Positions 18,248-28,167 of a DNA stretch of 64,000 bases are shown here, one piece after another. Origin of the DNA: an uncultured Candidatus Binatia bacterium (GTDB lineage: Bacteria > Desulfobacterota > Binatia > UBA9968 > CAXXLF01); NCBI GenBank assembly GCA_965218425.1, contig OZ244621.1:2624001-2688000 (forward strand), in the 5' to 3' direction. The position numbers and the translations under genes are program-made. Below the pieces are notes generated by a model. The model was not told the origin of the DNA. It did no database searches and saw only the letters and a list, made by a program, of their open reading frames with translations. Position 1 is the first letter of the stretch, and each line of letters begins with the position of its first letter.

Positions 18248-20524
18248 ATGACCACATCGAAGTCCAAACGAGTAAAAATAAGCATCATCGGTAATGCCCT
18301 TCCACGGGTGGAAGGGAGCAGCAAGGTCACAGGCTCCTGCATGTACGCGGGGGATGTGAGTCGCCCCGGCGAGCTGTGGGGAGGTTTTCTTCGTAGCCCC
18401 TACCCCCATGCTCAAATTTTGCACATCGACGTAAGCCGTGCGGTCAATCTTCCCGGGGTCAAGGCAGTGGTTACGGGAAAGGACGTTTCACCGCAGCTGG
18501 AAGGCCTTGGACTGCAAGACATGCCAGTCATGGCTCAGGATCGTGTGCGCTACATTGGAGAGAAGGTTGCAGGAGTGGCCGGGATTGACCAGGAGGTGGT
18601 TGAAGAAGCTCTGGGATTAATAAGAGTCGATTATGAAGAGCTGCCGGCTGTTTTTGATCCGCTGGAGGCGGTGAAACCTGAAGCCCCAGTACTTCACCCG
18701 GACTACGATCAATACGTTGGCCCACACAAGGAGGCCGAACTCAAAAACGTTCAATCCGTGGAAAGGGCGGGACAAGGGGATATCCAGCAGGGCTTCTCCG
18801 AGTCTGACCATATCTTTGAGAATACATTTTACACTCAAATGGTGCACCAGGCTTTTATCGAACCACGCAACGGCCTGGTGGAGATTGATGAACAGGGTCG
18901 AGTGCAGGTTTGGCATTGTCACCAGGCCCCCTTTATGGTGCGGGGTAAACTGTCCGCGCACCTGGACCTTCCGGAGGAGAGGGTTTTGGTACACCCGCTT
19001 TCCACGGGAGGCTCCTTCGGCGGTAAACTCGGATTTGAGGATATCCTCTGTAACTACTATCTGGCACGTGCCGCCGGCAGGCCCGTAAGGGTCAAGGAGA
19101 GCTACACGGAGGAGTTGATTGACGGTCAACCCCGTCATCCGGCCGTGATTGTGCTGCGTACCGGGGTAAAAAAAGACGGAAGACTCTGGGCCTGGGACGG
19201 AAAGGTCTATTACAACGGCGGAGCTTATGCGGCCCGCACGCCACGGAACGGTTTGAACGGCACCTTTTTGTTGGCAGGTTCCTATGGAACTCCCCATGTG
19301 CGAATGGCTGGCTACAGTGTGTACACCAACCAGGTTCCCACCGGATTTTTTCGTGCGCCGGGTGAAGTCCAGACGCTGTTTGCCGTGGAAAGTCACATGG
19401 ACATGATGGCAGAGGCCCTTAAGGTGGATCCCCTTGAATTTCGTCTTTGCAATTCCTTGAAGGAGGGTAATACCAAACCCACGGGTGAACCGCTTCGTTC
19501 TCCCAAAGGCATCGAGGTCCTGGAGCGGGTGGCAGAGATTTCGCGATGGAAAAAAGGGTCCAGTCCGGCTTCCACTAAGAATAGGCCTCATGTCTTCACG
19601 GGACGTGGTGTCGCCTTTGGGTATCGCCACATCGGTACGGGTGAGTCCAGCGCGGAGCTTTTCTTGGAGCCGGACGGCTCCCTCCGACTGGCAACCGCAG
19701 TGCGCGATGTGGGAGTAGGCGCTTATACGATGCATCGACAGGTGGCTGCGGAAACCATTGGGGTGCAGCCCGAGAGGGTCCATATCGACGTGCAAGGGAC
19801 GGATACCGGGACTTACGACGAGGGTGTGAGAGGACAGCGGGGCACCTATGTGGAGGGGCAGGCGGTGGTTAGCGCGACCAACTCACTCATTGAACTTCTG
19901 AAGAAACAAGCGGCTCTCCAATGGAAGGTTGGCCAGGATAGGGTGTGGTGGGAAAAGGGGCGTGTCTGGCTAGCGGATAACAAAAAGGTGTCTTTTGGAC
20001 TGCGGGATTTGACAAAACTCTTTCACGCTCAACCCGTCCGCGGGTACGGTCATTGCAAAGGTGGTCGGCCCGAGGTTTACGTCTTTCAAGCCCTGGTTGC
20101 AGACGTGGAGGTGGACAGGGAAACCGGCCAGATTCTCGTGCAGAAGCTATACTTTGCCCTGGACTCTTCCAAAGTGGTAAACCCCTTGATGCATCAGGGC
20201 CAGATCGATGGCGCTGTGATTCAAGGAATCGGGCAGTCCCTTATGGAGGACCTGGCAGTCGAGGATGGTCGTGTCTTGCCCTTGAGTCTTGGAGACTACA
20301 AAATCCCCAATATCAATGACGTCTCTCCTTTACTCACCTCACTGGTGGACGGTGGAGGTGGACCGGGGCCTTTCGCGACCAAGGCGGTTGCTGAAGCCGG
20401 CATCGGTATTGTGGCGCCAGCCATCGCTAATGCGGTGTACAATGCAACCGGTGTGAGAATCATGGGACTTCCCATCACGGCCCCAAAAGTCTTCGAAGTT
20501 CTAGGAAAAATCAGCAGTCATTAG
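18248..20524 (+). CDS. Xanthine dehydrogenase-family molybdopterin-binding subunit (close paralog of 4052-6307)
   Basis: Colinear with 4052-6307: CHQAPF, DGQPRH, GRLWAWDGK, YDEGVRGQRGT, GPFATKAVAE; start uncertain (18179 or 18248). Confidence 0.92.
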   Translation: MTTSKSKRVKISIIGNALPRVEGSSKVTGSCMYAGDVSRPGELWGGFLRSPYPHAQILHIDVSRAVNLPGVKAVVTGKDVSPQLEGLGLQDMPVMAQDRVRYIGEKVAGVAGIDQEVVEEALGLIRVDYEELPAVFDPLEAVKPEAPVLHPDYDQYVGPHKEAELKNVQSVERAGQGDIQQGFSESDHIFENTFYTQMVHQAFIEPRNGLVEIDEQGRVQVWHCHQAPFMVRGKLSAHLDLPEERVLVHPLSTGGSFGGKLGFEDILCNYYLARAAGRPVRVKESYTEELIDGQPRHPAVIVLRTGVKKDGRLWAWDGKVYYNGGAYAARTPRNGLNGTFLLAGSYGTPHVRMAGYSVYTNQVPTGFFRAPGEVQTLFAVESHMDMMAEALKVDPLEFRLCNSLKEGNTKPTGEPLRSPKGIEVLERVAEISRWKKGSSPASTKNRPHVFTGRGVAFGYRHIGTGESSAELFLEPDGSLRLATAVRDVGVGAYTMHRQVAAETIGVQPERVHIDVQGTDTGTYDEGVRGQRGTYVEGQAVVSATNSLIELLKKQAALQWKVGQDRVWWEKGRVWLADNKKVSFGLRDLTKLFHAQPVRGYGHCKGGRPEVYVFQALVADVEVDRETGQILVQKLYFALDSSKVVNPLMHQGQIDGAVIQGIGQSLMEDLAVEDGRVLPLSLGDYKIPNINDVSPLLTSLVDGGGGPGPFATKAVAEAGIGIVAPAIANAVYNATGVRIMGLPITAPKVFEVLGKISSH

Positions 20525-20539
20525 GTTCAAACTGACAGT

Positions 20540-20817
20540 CTGGCCTTCTTAAAACGCCTGCCCAGCGCAAATCTTCTGATGGTGGTGTCGGCAGTGCTGC
20601 TCCCGGTGATGGAGGTGGAGGCGCTACATGATACGGGTCCGGGTTATGCCGAGCGCTGGTGCCCGTGCTGGCGAACTGGCTCGCTAACGCGGCATGGGTG
20701 GGAGTGCTGGTGGCATTCGGCTTTACCACTGCCTTCCTGCACTATGCCCTCGACCGCGCGGTGTTCCGCCTGAGCGACACCGAGGTTCGCAAGGCCGCCG
20801 ACGGATTGTTTCGCTAG
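20540..20817 (+). pseudogene. Frameshifted C-terminal remnant of a membrane protein
   Basis: Frame 1 LAFLKRLPSANLLMVVSAVLLPVMEVEAL..., shifting near 20650 to ALVPVLANWLANAAWVGVLVAFGFTTAFLHYALDRAVFRLSDTEVRKAADGLFR* (HYxxD..FR-type tail); no N-terminus. Confidence 0.45.
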
Positions 20818-20832
20818 ACGTTAACCACGCCA

Positions 20833-21669
20833 CTACCGAGGATTGTTGGCCTTGATCCAGTTGCCGATGGCGTGCACCACCTCGTCTTCGATTCCCAGAA
20901 AGCCGTGAGGACCCATCGGCCCACAATGCCTGCCCTGAGCCGGTAGACCCCCTTCAAACGCCATCTGCTCAACCTTCGGGGCGTTTCTCAGAATTTTCAT
21001 GTGTGGCGCTACCCCACCATAGGGTGTCACAATGCACAGGTCCTTCTTATGATGCACAAAAAGGGTGGGAACGGTGATGCCCCCCAGGTCAACGTCCGTT
21101 AGGGTCCCGCCCCCGCCACCTGGGTGAAATACTGTTGCGGTCAGCACGAGGCCATCGGCTCCACCCTCTTTCAAGCGGCTGGCAGCGTTGGCAGCCGAAA
21201 TAGTTCCCCGGCTGGTACCGATCAACCAGACTGGGACATTGCTAGCCTCCATGAGGTACGCAATGACACCCTTGATGTCCAAGGCATGGAAGAAGGTGTC
21301 TCTAGCCCCACGGAGGTTTCTATAATCCGACGGTGAGTCGACGACAGCCACGTTAAATCCCTCATGGGCAAACCTAAATCTTGATCGAACCAGGAAATTG
21401 GAGTCCCGACCAATGACGCCATTTTCTATGTTCAGTGTTCCACCCCCGCCGGCAAACAAAATCACACTCGCCACCGGCCGTTTAACCTTCATAAAGAGAA
21501 AGACCTGCTCCGCGCCTTCACGCTTCGAAACTACGACGTGGCATAGCTCGATGTCGTCTTTGTTGGCGACTTTGTTAACTCTGGCAGGTTCCGTAACCTC
21601 TTTGACATGGGCCGAGCAGCCTACGGAAACGGCCGTGGATAACATTAGAACTGGTATAAGCCGGTTCAT
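20833..21669 (-). CDS. Exported (lipo)protein of alpha/beta-hydrolase fold
   Basis: SVGC lipobox-like signal; ILFAGGGG, SNFLVRSR, VWLIGTSRG nucleophile elbow, VHHKKDLC, GPHGFLGIE. Confidence 0.8.
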   Translation of the reverse strand: MNRLIPVLMLSTAVSVGCSAHVKEVTEPARVNKVANKDDIELCHVVVSKREGAEQVFLFMKVKRPVASVILFAGGGGTLNIENGVIGRDSNFLVRSRFRFAHEGFNVAVVDSPSDYRNLRGARDTFFHALDIKGVIAYLMEASNVPVWLIGTSRGTISAANAASRLKEGGADGLVLTATVFHPGGGGGTLTDVDLGGITVPTLFVHHKKDLCIVTPYGGVAPHMKILRNAPKVEQMAFEGGLPAQGRHCGPMGPHGFLGIEDEVVHAIGNWIKANNPR

Positions 21670-21676
21670 CTTCAGG

Positions 21677-21705
21677 TTGACTCGTGCTTTCCTTTCGGCT
21701 AGTCT
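21677..21705 (+). promoter_or_regulatory. Sigma70-like promoter for the tctC-like gene
   Basis: TTGACT-N17-TAGTCT in the divergent intergenic region. Confidence 0.45.
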
Positions 21706-21740
21706 CTGCCCTATAAATATTGCAACTACATGGAGGATTT

Positions 21741-22802
21741 ATGAAGCACAGCAAGATTCACAAGAGTGCTATGACTTTCATGGCCTTAGCCAGTTTTATG
21801 CTTGCAGGAGTTATACTCCCAAGTCAACGGGCGGCAGCCGCAGATTCGTTCTTCAAGGGAAAAACAATTACCATCGTGGTCGGATATGGGCCAGGAGGGG
21901 GGTTCGATATCATGGCTCGCCTTATGGCACGCCACATGCGGCGTCACATTGAGGGGAACCCTAGGTTTATCGTTCAAAACAAGCCCGGCGCGGGGGGACT
22001 CATCACCGCCAACTGGGTCTATGGAAAGCAACCGGGCGATGGCCTCACCGTGGCTATGTTCCATTATTCCTTTGTCACTCAGGCGTTCATGAAAGACCCC
22101 ACAGTCAAGTTTGACCCCTTGAAGTACATCTGGTTTGACGAGCCCACAATTGGAACCCTTCCTAGGGTGGTTTTTCTCCGCACCGATTTGGGCATTCACA
22201 CCTTCGAGGACTTCAAGAGCTATAAACGTCCTCTGGGTATGGCGGAGAGCGGTCGCGGTACGGGTGCGTCCGTAGCGACCCAGTTTCTCAAGAGTCTCGG
22301 ACTCCCCATCAAGAATATCTATGGTTACAGAGGCTCGGCGGATGGCTTCGCAGCCATCGAGCGTGGGGAGGTGGACGGCCGGTTGACTTCCCAGGAGAGC
22401 GCCCAGACCAGGTACAAGCGCTTTCTTGATGACGACATCATTCGGCCCGTCTTGACCATGGGAAGCGACCCTAGAATCAAGACCTTTCCGGGTGTGGCAA
22501 CCTTCAAGGACCTGAACCTCAATGCGAAGCAGAAAAAGGTAGCCAAGTTTTTGACCCGAACCTGGAGTCGTCTCCGCATGTTCGCGCTCCCGCCGGGTAC
22601 ACCACCCGATCGGGTAAAAATCCTCCGTACCGCCTTCACAAAGACACTTGCGGACAAGAAATTTCTCAAAGAGGCCAAGCGGCAGCGGTTAATTATTTCC
22701 CCGGCACCCTGGCAGGACGTGGTGGCGGATATTAAGGGTCTAGCGGAGGCCCCTCCCGATATCGTTAGGGAGTATAGGAAGCTGCTCGGTCTGAAAAACT
22801 AA
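21741..22802 (+). CDS. tctC: Tripartite tricarboxylate transporter substrate-binding protein (Bug/TctC)
   Basis: Signal peptide; FFKGKTITIVVGYGPGGGFD, VQNKPGAGG, GYRGS...ERGEVDG, PPGTPPDRV; GGAGG RBS. Confidence 0.88.
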   Translation: MKHSKIHKSAMTFMALASFMLAGVILPSQRAAAADSFFKGKTITIVVGYGPGGGFDIMARLMARHMRRHIEGNPRFIVQNKPGAGGLITANWVYGKQPGDGLTVAMFHYSFVTQAFMKDPTVKFDPLKYIWFDEPTIGTLPRVVFLRTDLGIHTFEDFKSYKRPLGMAESGRGTGASVATQFLKSLGLPIKNIYGYRGSADGFAAIERGEVDGRLTSQESAQTRYKRFLDDDIIRPVLTMGSDPRIKTFPGVATFKDLNLNAKQKKVAKFLTRTWSRLRMFALPPGTPPDRVKILRTAFTKTLADKKFLKEAKRQRLIISPAPWQDVVADIKGLAEAPPDIVREYRKLLGLKN

Positions 22803-22821
22803 AAAGCCGAGGCAAAGATAT

Positions 22822-22862
22822 AAAGTCCGGCAGAACGAGTCGACTCCGTTTGCCGGACTTTT
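22822..22862 (+). terminator. Intrinsic terminator-like hairpin after tctC
   Basis: AAAGTCCGGCA...TGCCGGACTTTT (11-bp perfect outer stem plus U tract). Confidence 0.65.
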
Positions 22863-23010
22863 CCAACTGTAAGTTTCCATGGGATCACCTGAGTTCTTCA
22901 ACTTCGCTTCACATGTCGAAGATCGTTCCATCGGTGCGAATTAGCAGGTTATCTCTAAGGAGCCAAATTTTCCATTTGATCCGATCTCCTTATTCTTCAA
23001 GGCCCCCCAC

Positions 23011-25014
23011 ATGATTGACTCAGCCGTTTTCGCTCTTCAAGAACTCTTGGTTCCCATGCGCCTCCTCTTTCTATTCCTGGGTGTTCTTATGGGGCTGGTG
23101 CTGGGGGCTATTCCAGGCCTCGGCGGATTGGTGGGGTTGGCCGTACTTCTCCCCTTTACCTTCGATATGGATCCCGCCATGGCATTTGCCATCATGCTCG
23201 GGCTCCTCTCGATCACGAGCACCTCAGACACGATTCCTTCGGTGCTGTTTGGTGTGCCCGGTACCGCGGCGTCCCAGGCCACCATTCTGGACGGCCACCC
23301 GATGGCGAAAAAGGGAGAGGCCGGTAGGGCCCTGGGGGCGGCTTACATGGCTTCGTTGATCGGTGGTCTCTTTGGCGCCGTCGTCCTGGCCTTGATGATC
23401 CCAATTATCAGACCGATCGTTATGGCCTTCGGCGCGCCGGAATTCTTCATGATGGGCATGCTCGGGATCTCGATGGTGGCGGTTCTGAGCGGCGGTGCAC
23501 CCATCAAGGGTCTGGTGGCCGGGGCCCTGGGGCTCATGTTGGGGATGGTGGGGATGGATCCCTTGAGTGGGGTTCACCGCTGGGTCTTCGGCCAACTCTA
23601 TTTGTTGGATGGCGTACCTCTGGTCCCCGTATCCCTCGGCATATTTGCTATTCCGGAAATTGTGGACCTTGTCATACGGGGTACCCGGATTGCCGATGTG
23701 CCCAGTGATGCCTTGAAAGGGGTCATGACGGGTGTCCGTGACGCGTTTCGGAACTGGACTCTGGTCATCCGCTGCAGCGCTTTGGGGGTTTGGATCGGCG
23801 CTATTCCGGGCCTCGGTTCCGCGGTGGTGGACTGGTTCGCCTATGGTCACGCCATGCAAAGTGAGAAGGGCGCGTCGGAGACGTTCGGGAAAGGCGATAT
23901 TCGCGGGGTGATAGCCCCTGAGTCGGCCAATAACGCCAAAGAGGGCGGGGCGTTGGTCCCCACCATCGCCTTCGGTGTTCCGGGGAGTGCTTCCATGGCA
24001 TTGCTTCTCGGTGCCATGATGATCCAGGGCCTCAATCCTGGTCCGGCAATGCTTACCACCCATCTCGATGTCACCTTCACCTTGGTATGGAGTATCGCTA
24101 TCGCAAATATCTTCGGGACGAGCCTGTGCTTGCTCTCCACCAATCTCCTGGCAAAGATCTCTCTGATTCGGATCCATTTGCTGGTACCGCTTATCACTGC
24201 AATGGTTTTCCTGGCTGCCTATCAGTCCAGCCGCCACTATGGAGATCTCTGGTCATTGCTTTTCATCGCCCTTCTCGGCTGGTTCATGAAACGATTTGGC
24301 TGGCCCAGGCCGCCCATCATTCTCGGTTTGGTCCTGAGTACTATCCTGGAAAACAACCTGAATATCTCAGTTGAGATTTATGGATTCGGGATGCTCTCCA
24401 GACCCATCTTCATCGGGATCATATTGATTATCTTTGTGAGCTTGTTTTACGGTTTTCGAATGCAGCGCGGCCAGGCAACCGGCGTCGCAGAAGCCTCACC
24501 CCAGGGCCCAGTGAAATTTCGCTTTCAGGCAAGCGCGCTGTTCACCCTGGTTATGATGGGGATCTTTGGGGGTGCCGTCTACACGGCATGGCAATGGGAT
24601 TTCCCCATTGCCCGAATTTTTCCTTGGTCCATGGGTATCCCTGCCCTCATCCTCTGCATGGCCCAACTCTATTTGGACCTCTTTAGACCTACGGAAGTGG
24701 GAAAAAGCGGCTTCATGGACCTACCGGTGGATCGAAGCGTTCCTGTCTCGGTTGTGATCCGTAGGGCTTCGAATATCTTCGGTTGGATCCTGGGGCTTTT
24801 CTTCGGTACTTGGCTTTTCGGAATGATTGTCATCGTGCCGTTGTTTGTCGTTCTTTATCTTACCATTCAGGGGCAGGAGAAGTGGCGGGTCAGCCTAGTG
24901 TACATGGTGGCTATGATGGCCTTCATGATCGGAGTATTCCATATGGTCTTGAACGTTCCCTGGCCCGAGGCGCTATTCCCGCAACTGCAGCGGGCGATCC
25001 TCGCCTGGTTCTGA
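23011..25014 (+). CDS. tctA: TctA-family permease fused to a C-terminal TctB-like domain
   Basis: GAIPGLGG, GVPGTAAS..T.LDGHPMAKKGEAGRAL, GVIAPESANNAKEGGALVPT.AFGVPGS; extra ~170 aa with ARIFP...VFHMVLNVPWP (TctB-like). Confidence 0.88.
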   Translation: MIDSAVFALQELLVPMRLLFLFLGVLMGLVLGAIPGLGGLVGLAVLLPFTFDMDPAMAFAIMLGLLSITSTSDTIPSVLFGVPGTAASQATILDGHPMAKKGEAGRALGAAYMASLIGGLFGAVVLALMIPIIRPIVMAFGAPEFFMMGMLGISMVAVLSGGAPIKGLVAGALGLMLGMVGMDPLSGVHRWVFGQLYLLDGVPLVPVSLGIFAIPEIVDLVIRGTRIADVPSDALKGVMTGVRDAFRNWTLVIRCSALGVWIGAIPGLGSAVVDWFAYGHAMQSEKGASETFGKGDIRGVIAPESANNAKEGGALVPTIAFGVPGSASMALLLGAMMIQGLNPGPAMLTTHLDVTFTLVWSIAIANIFGTSLCLLSTNLLAKISLIRIHLLVPLITAMVFLAAYQSSRHYGDLWSLLFIALLGWFMKRFGWPRPPIILGLVLSTILENNLNISVEIYGFGMLSRPIFIGIILIIFVSLFYGFRMQRGQATGVAEASPQGPVKFRFQASALFTLVMMGIFGGAVYTAWQWDFPIARIFPWSMGIPALILCMAQLYLDLFRPTEVGKSGFMDLPVDRSVPVSVVIRRASNIFGWILGLFFGTWLFGMIVIVPLFVVLYLTIQGQEKWRVSLVYMVAMMAFMIGVFHMVLNVPWPEALFPQLQRAILAWF

Positions 25015-25419
25015 ATTCTGCTACCGTTAAGTGTTACTGACACCTTTTCCGTTCGCAGATCAAAACGCAATAAGCCTGATCCATTGCCCCTTCCCGAGGA
25101 AGATCGAGGGACAGCCGTTATTTAAAAACTTTCACCTTTTCTTCTTCTGGGGCCCTTCTCCAACTCTGCGTGAAAACCGACCTCGGGTTGACATCATAGG
25201 TTGTCATCCGATATTTCCACACAAAGCGAAGGAGGGCTTGTCCGTTTGCCTGTCCCGCGCCCGCTTTGAGCTGTCGACGGCGGGCTGACCGTGGCTGATT
25301 CGGGAAATCTTCGATCCTTGGTGGCCAATCCTCGAAAGCAGAATCCTATCATTGGTTGAAATAGAAGTTGTTCGATGAGTAGTGCGGCGGACGCATCGTA
25401 GGGCAGGGTCGGAACCAAG

Positions 25420-26610
25420 GTGCTCAAGATGGGCATTCTCGGCATCGGCGTCAGTGGTGCTCGGATAGCACGCGCCATGGCGGTCATGCCTGAAATCGAA
25501 CTCGTCGCGGGCGCCGCCCGTCGTCCCGAACTGCACGTCGACTTCGCTGAACGGTACGGCGCCAAGACCTATGGGAGCGCAGAGGAGATCTGTCGCGACC
25601 CCGAGGTGCAAGCGCTGTGGATCTCAACCCCAAATCAATTCCACGCTGAGCACGTGCTCCTCGCGGCTTCTCATGGCAAGCACGTCATCATCGAGAAGCC
25701 TATCGCGATCACCATGCGGGAAGCGGAGCAGATGATGGAAGCGGCGGAGCGCGGCGGCGTCACGGTGGTTTGCGGCCACGTGCTGAGCAACACGCCGCGG
25801 GCCCAGATGGTCCGCCGAATCATACGCTCAGGCGAGCTGGGCCCATTGGGCGCTCTGAACGTCTGGGCCTACACAGACTGGATGCTCCGTCCCAGGACGG
25901 CTGCCGAGATGGACTTTGCTAAAGGAGGAGGCGTGCCCTACCGGCAGGCGCCCCACCAGGTCGACACGCTACGGTTGTTGGGGGGTGGACTCGTCAGAAG
26001 CGTCCGGGGAATGATCGCCCAATGGATGCCAGAGCGAACGATGCCCGGTTACTACTCAGCCTACATAGAATTCGAGGATGGGACACCGGCCACCCTCGTG
26101 CATAACGGATACGGCTACTTCATGACCAACGAGCTGTTGCCGTGGGTGAAAACGGGCCCACGGGCTTCTATCGAGAGGCGAACCCAGATTCGCAAGGCCA
26201 TTCGCGCCGGCGAATGGGACGAAGGGCAAGCGAAAACGGAGCAGTCCCGGGGGGTTAGCCGCGAGATCGAGAAGACCCAGCGGGGCGAGGTGGGAGACAT
26301 CTGGGTAGGCGACGACCTTGGGATCCTCGTGGTGAGCTGTGAGCGCGGAGACATCCGCTATTGCGCGCCCGGTGTTTACGTGTACGACGACGATGGAATG
26401 AGAGAAGTCCCGGTTGAGAGGCGTTCGAGGGCGGGAGCCCCAGAGATCCGGGAGCTGTACGATGCGGTCGTGCTGGGCAAACCCGTCATGCACGGCCTAT
26501 CGTGGGGAGCCGCTACGCTCGAGGTCTGCCTCGGCATCATACAGTCTGCGAAAGAACGGCGTGAGATCATCCTTCAGCGCCAGGTGCCGGCTCCTGACTT
26601 CCACGAGTAA
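25420..26610 (+). CDS. Gfo/Idh/MocA oxidoreductase, phthalate cis-4,5-dihydrodiol dehydrogenase (OphB/Pht4)-like
   Basis: MGILGIG, ISTPNQFH, KHVIIEKP, YTDWMLRPR...GGGVPYRQAPHQVDTLRLLGGG, WGAATLEVC. Confidence 0.85.
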   Translation: MLKMGILGIGVSGARIARAMAVMPEIELVAGAARRPELHVDFAERYGAKTYGSAEEICRDPEVQALWISTPNQFHAEHVLLAASHGKHVIIEKPIAITMREAEQMMEAAERGGVTVVCGHVLSNTPRAQMVRRIIRSGELGPLGALNVWAYTDWMLRPRTAAEMDFAKGGGVPYRQAPHQVDTLRLLGGGLVRSVRGMIAQWMPERTMPGYYSAYIEFEDGTPATLVHNGYGYFMTNELLPWVKTGPRASIERRTQIRKAIRAGEWDEGQAKTEQSRGVSREIEKTQRGEVGDIWVGDDLGILVVSCERGDIRYCAPGVYVYDDDGMREVPVERRSRAGAPEIRELYDAVVLGKPVMHGLSWGAATLEVCLGIIQSAKERREIILQRQVPAPDFHE

Positions 26611-26971
26611 GGCACCTGGCGCATGTTCCCCGCTCTGAGACTCGCCGTTAGGCCCCCTTTTTGCGTGGACTGCTTGCTTACAACGCCACAAGCCCTGCCG
26701 CGTTTCCGCCCAATACCTTCCGATTCGTCTCCTCCGAAGGCTTCTCGCAGTTCAGGACCGACTTGGTAGGTGGTCGGGCATTTGAAATACCGGGATGGGG
26801 TAGTCAAACTGCGCTCAACTGGTTGTGAAGGGCTTGACGATGGGGACGTAATCTTGGTATCTCACGTTGGTAAGGTTTTCCATCAGAAAATCCTCAGCAC
26901 GAAAAGCTATTGTAACTAGCGGTGTCTTGGAAACGAATCTGCGGCTGGGTAGAACGAATGGAGTAAAGTAT

Positions 26972-28123
26972 ATGTCTCTTGAGCTTCTTATTAAGGATCT
27001 AAAGGCATCCTTTGAGCTGACTACCTATTCCAAGTGGATGAAGGCAGAGGGGCTTGCGGTTGTCGAAGGATACGGATTAGAGGATGTACGGGATTTACGA
27101 CTTTCCCCCTGGTCTCGCTTGGGAGGAAAGGGAACCTTCCTTCAACTCTATGGCATGATGGATGGTTCCAGGGGGATGTATGTTGCGGAGATCCCGCCTG
27201 GCGGGGCACTGGAGCCAGAGCGGCATCTCTACGAGGAGTTGATCTGTATCTTTGAGGGGAACGGGGCCACAGAAATATGGCAGGAGGGGAGCCGAAAGCA
27301 ATTGTTTGAATGGGGCCCCTGGAGCCTGTTTGCCCCGCCGTTGAACGCATGGCATCGCCTGGTCAACGGTGGTAGGGACCCTGTGCGATTTTTAGGAGTC
27401 ACCAACGCGCCCTTAACGATGAATGCCTTTCGCGAGCCCGATTTTATTTTTAACTGTCCCTATGCGTTTTCAAAACGCTATGCGGGACAGGATGGTTATT
27501 TTCAGGCGGGCAACAAGCGCTATCAGGATCAGTTTTCCAACGTGTGGGAAACGAATTTTATTCCCAGCGTCAAAGAAGCCGCCCTGGAGGCCAAGGAGCG
27601 CAAAGGCTCAGGGGTCAAAATTACGCAGTTCGAGATGTCTGGCAATGCCTTGATTGGCCATCTATCGGAATGGCCGGCCGGTCGCTATCATAAGGCCCAT
27701 TACCATGGGCCGGGTGCTTTGCTCCTCGGTCTCGAGTCCCAAGGTTATGTATTGATCTGGTCAAAGGAACTGGGACATCAACCTTACGCCAACGGGAATG
27801 GTGGGGATGTGGTCCAAATGGATTGGAAAGTGGGGAGTGTCTACAGCCCGTTGGATGGCTGGTATCACCAGCACTTTAATACCGGGTCCCAACCGGCCCG
27901 TCACCTGGCAGTGCGGTATGGGGGCGCTCAGCATGGACATATCGATATGGGGACCTCTGCTCGCCTTAAGAAGGGTATGAACATGACATCCGTGAAAGAG
28001 GGGGGGACCCTCATTGAATACGAGGACGAGGATCCCCAGATCCGGCGCGATTATGAGAGTAGGTTAAAGAAGGTGGATGTTCCCTGCCAGATGCCGGATT
28101 TTGCGAGCTCCGCGAGGGCATGA
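26972..28123 (+). CDS. Bicupin-domain protein
   Basis: EIPPGGALEPERHLYEE...PLNAWH and GRYHKAHYHGPG...WYHQHFNTG; ATG 26972 after GGAG. Confidence 0.8.
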   Translation: MSLELLIKDLKASFELTTYSKWMKAEGLAVVEGYGLEDVRDLRLSPWSRLGGKGTFLQLYGMMDGSRGMYVAEIPPGGALEPERHLYEELICIFEGNGATEIWQEGSRKQLFEWGPWSLFAPPLNAWHRLVNGGRDPVRFLGVTNAPLTMNAFREPDFIFNCPYAFSKRYAGQDGYFQAGNKRYQDQFSNVWETNFIPSVKEAALEAKERKGSGVKITQFEMSGNALIGHLSEWPAGRYHKAHYHGPGALLLGLESQGYVLIWSKELGHQPYANGNGGDVVQMDWKVGSVYSPLDGWYHQHFNTGSQPARHLAVRYGGAQHGHIDMGTSARLKKGMNMTSVKEGGTLIEYEDEDPQIRRDYESRLKKVDVPCQMPDFASSARA

Positions 28124-28167
28124 GCGAAGACCGATTATTTTATTTGTAAGGTAGGTTATCAAGGGAT

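Noticed and set aside
18617..19795. Long antisense ORFs (also 23224-24237, 59846-60841, 6437-7045, 13231-13827)
   Set aside because: Antisense to well-supported genes; expected from codon bias.
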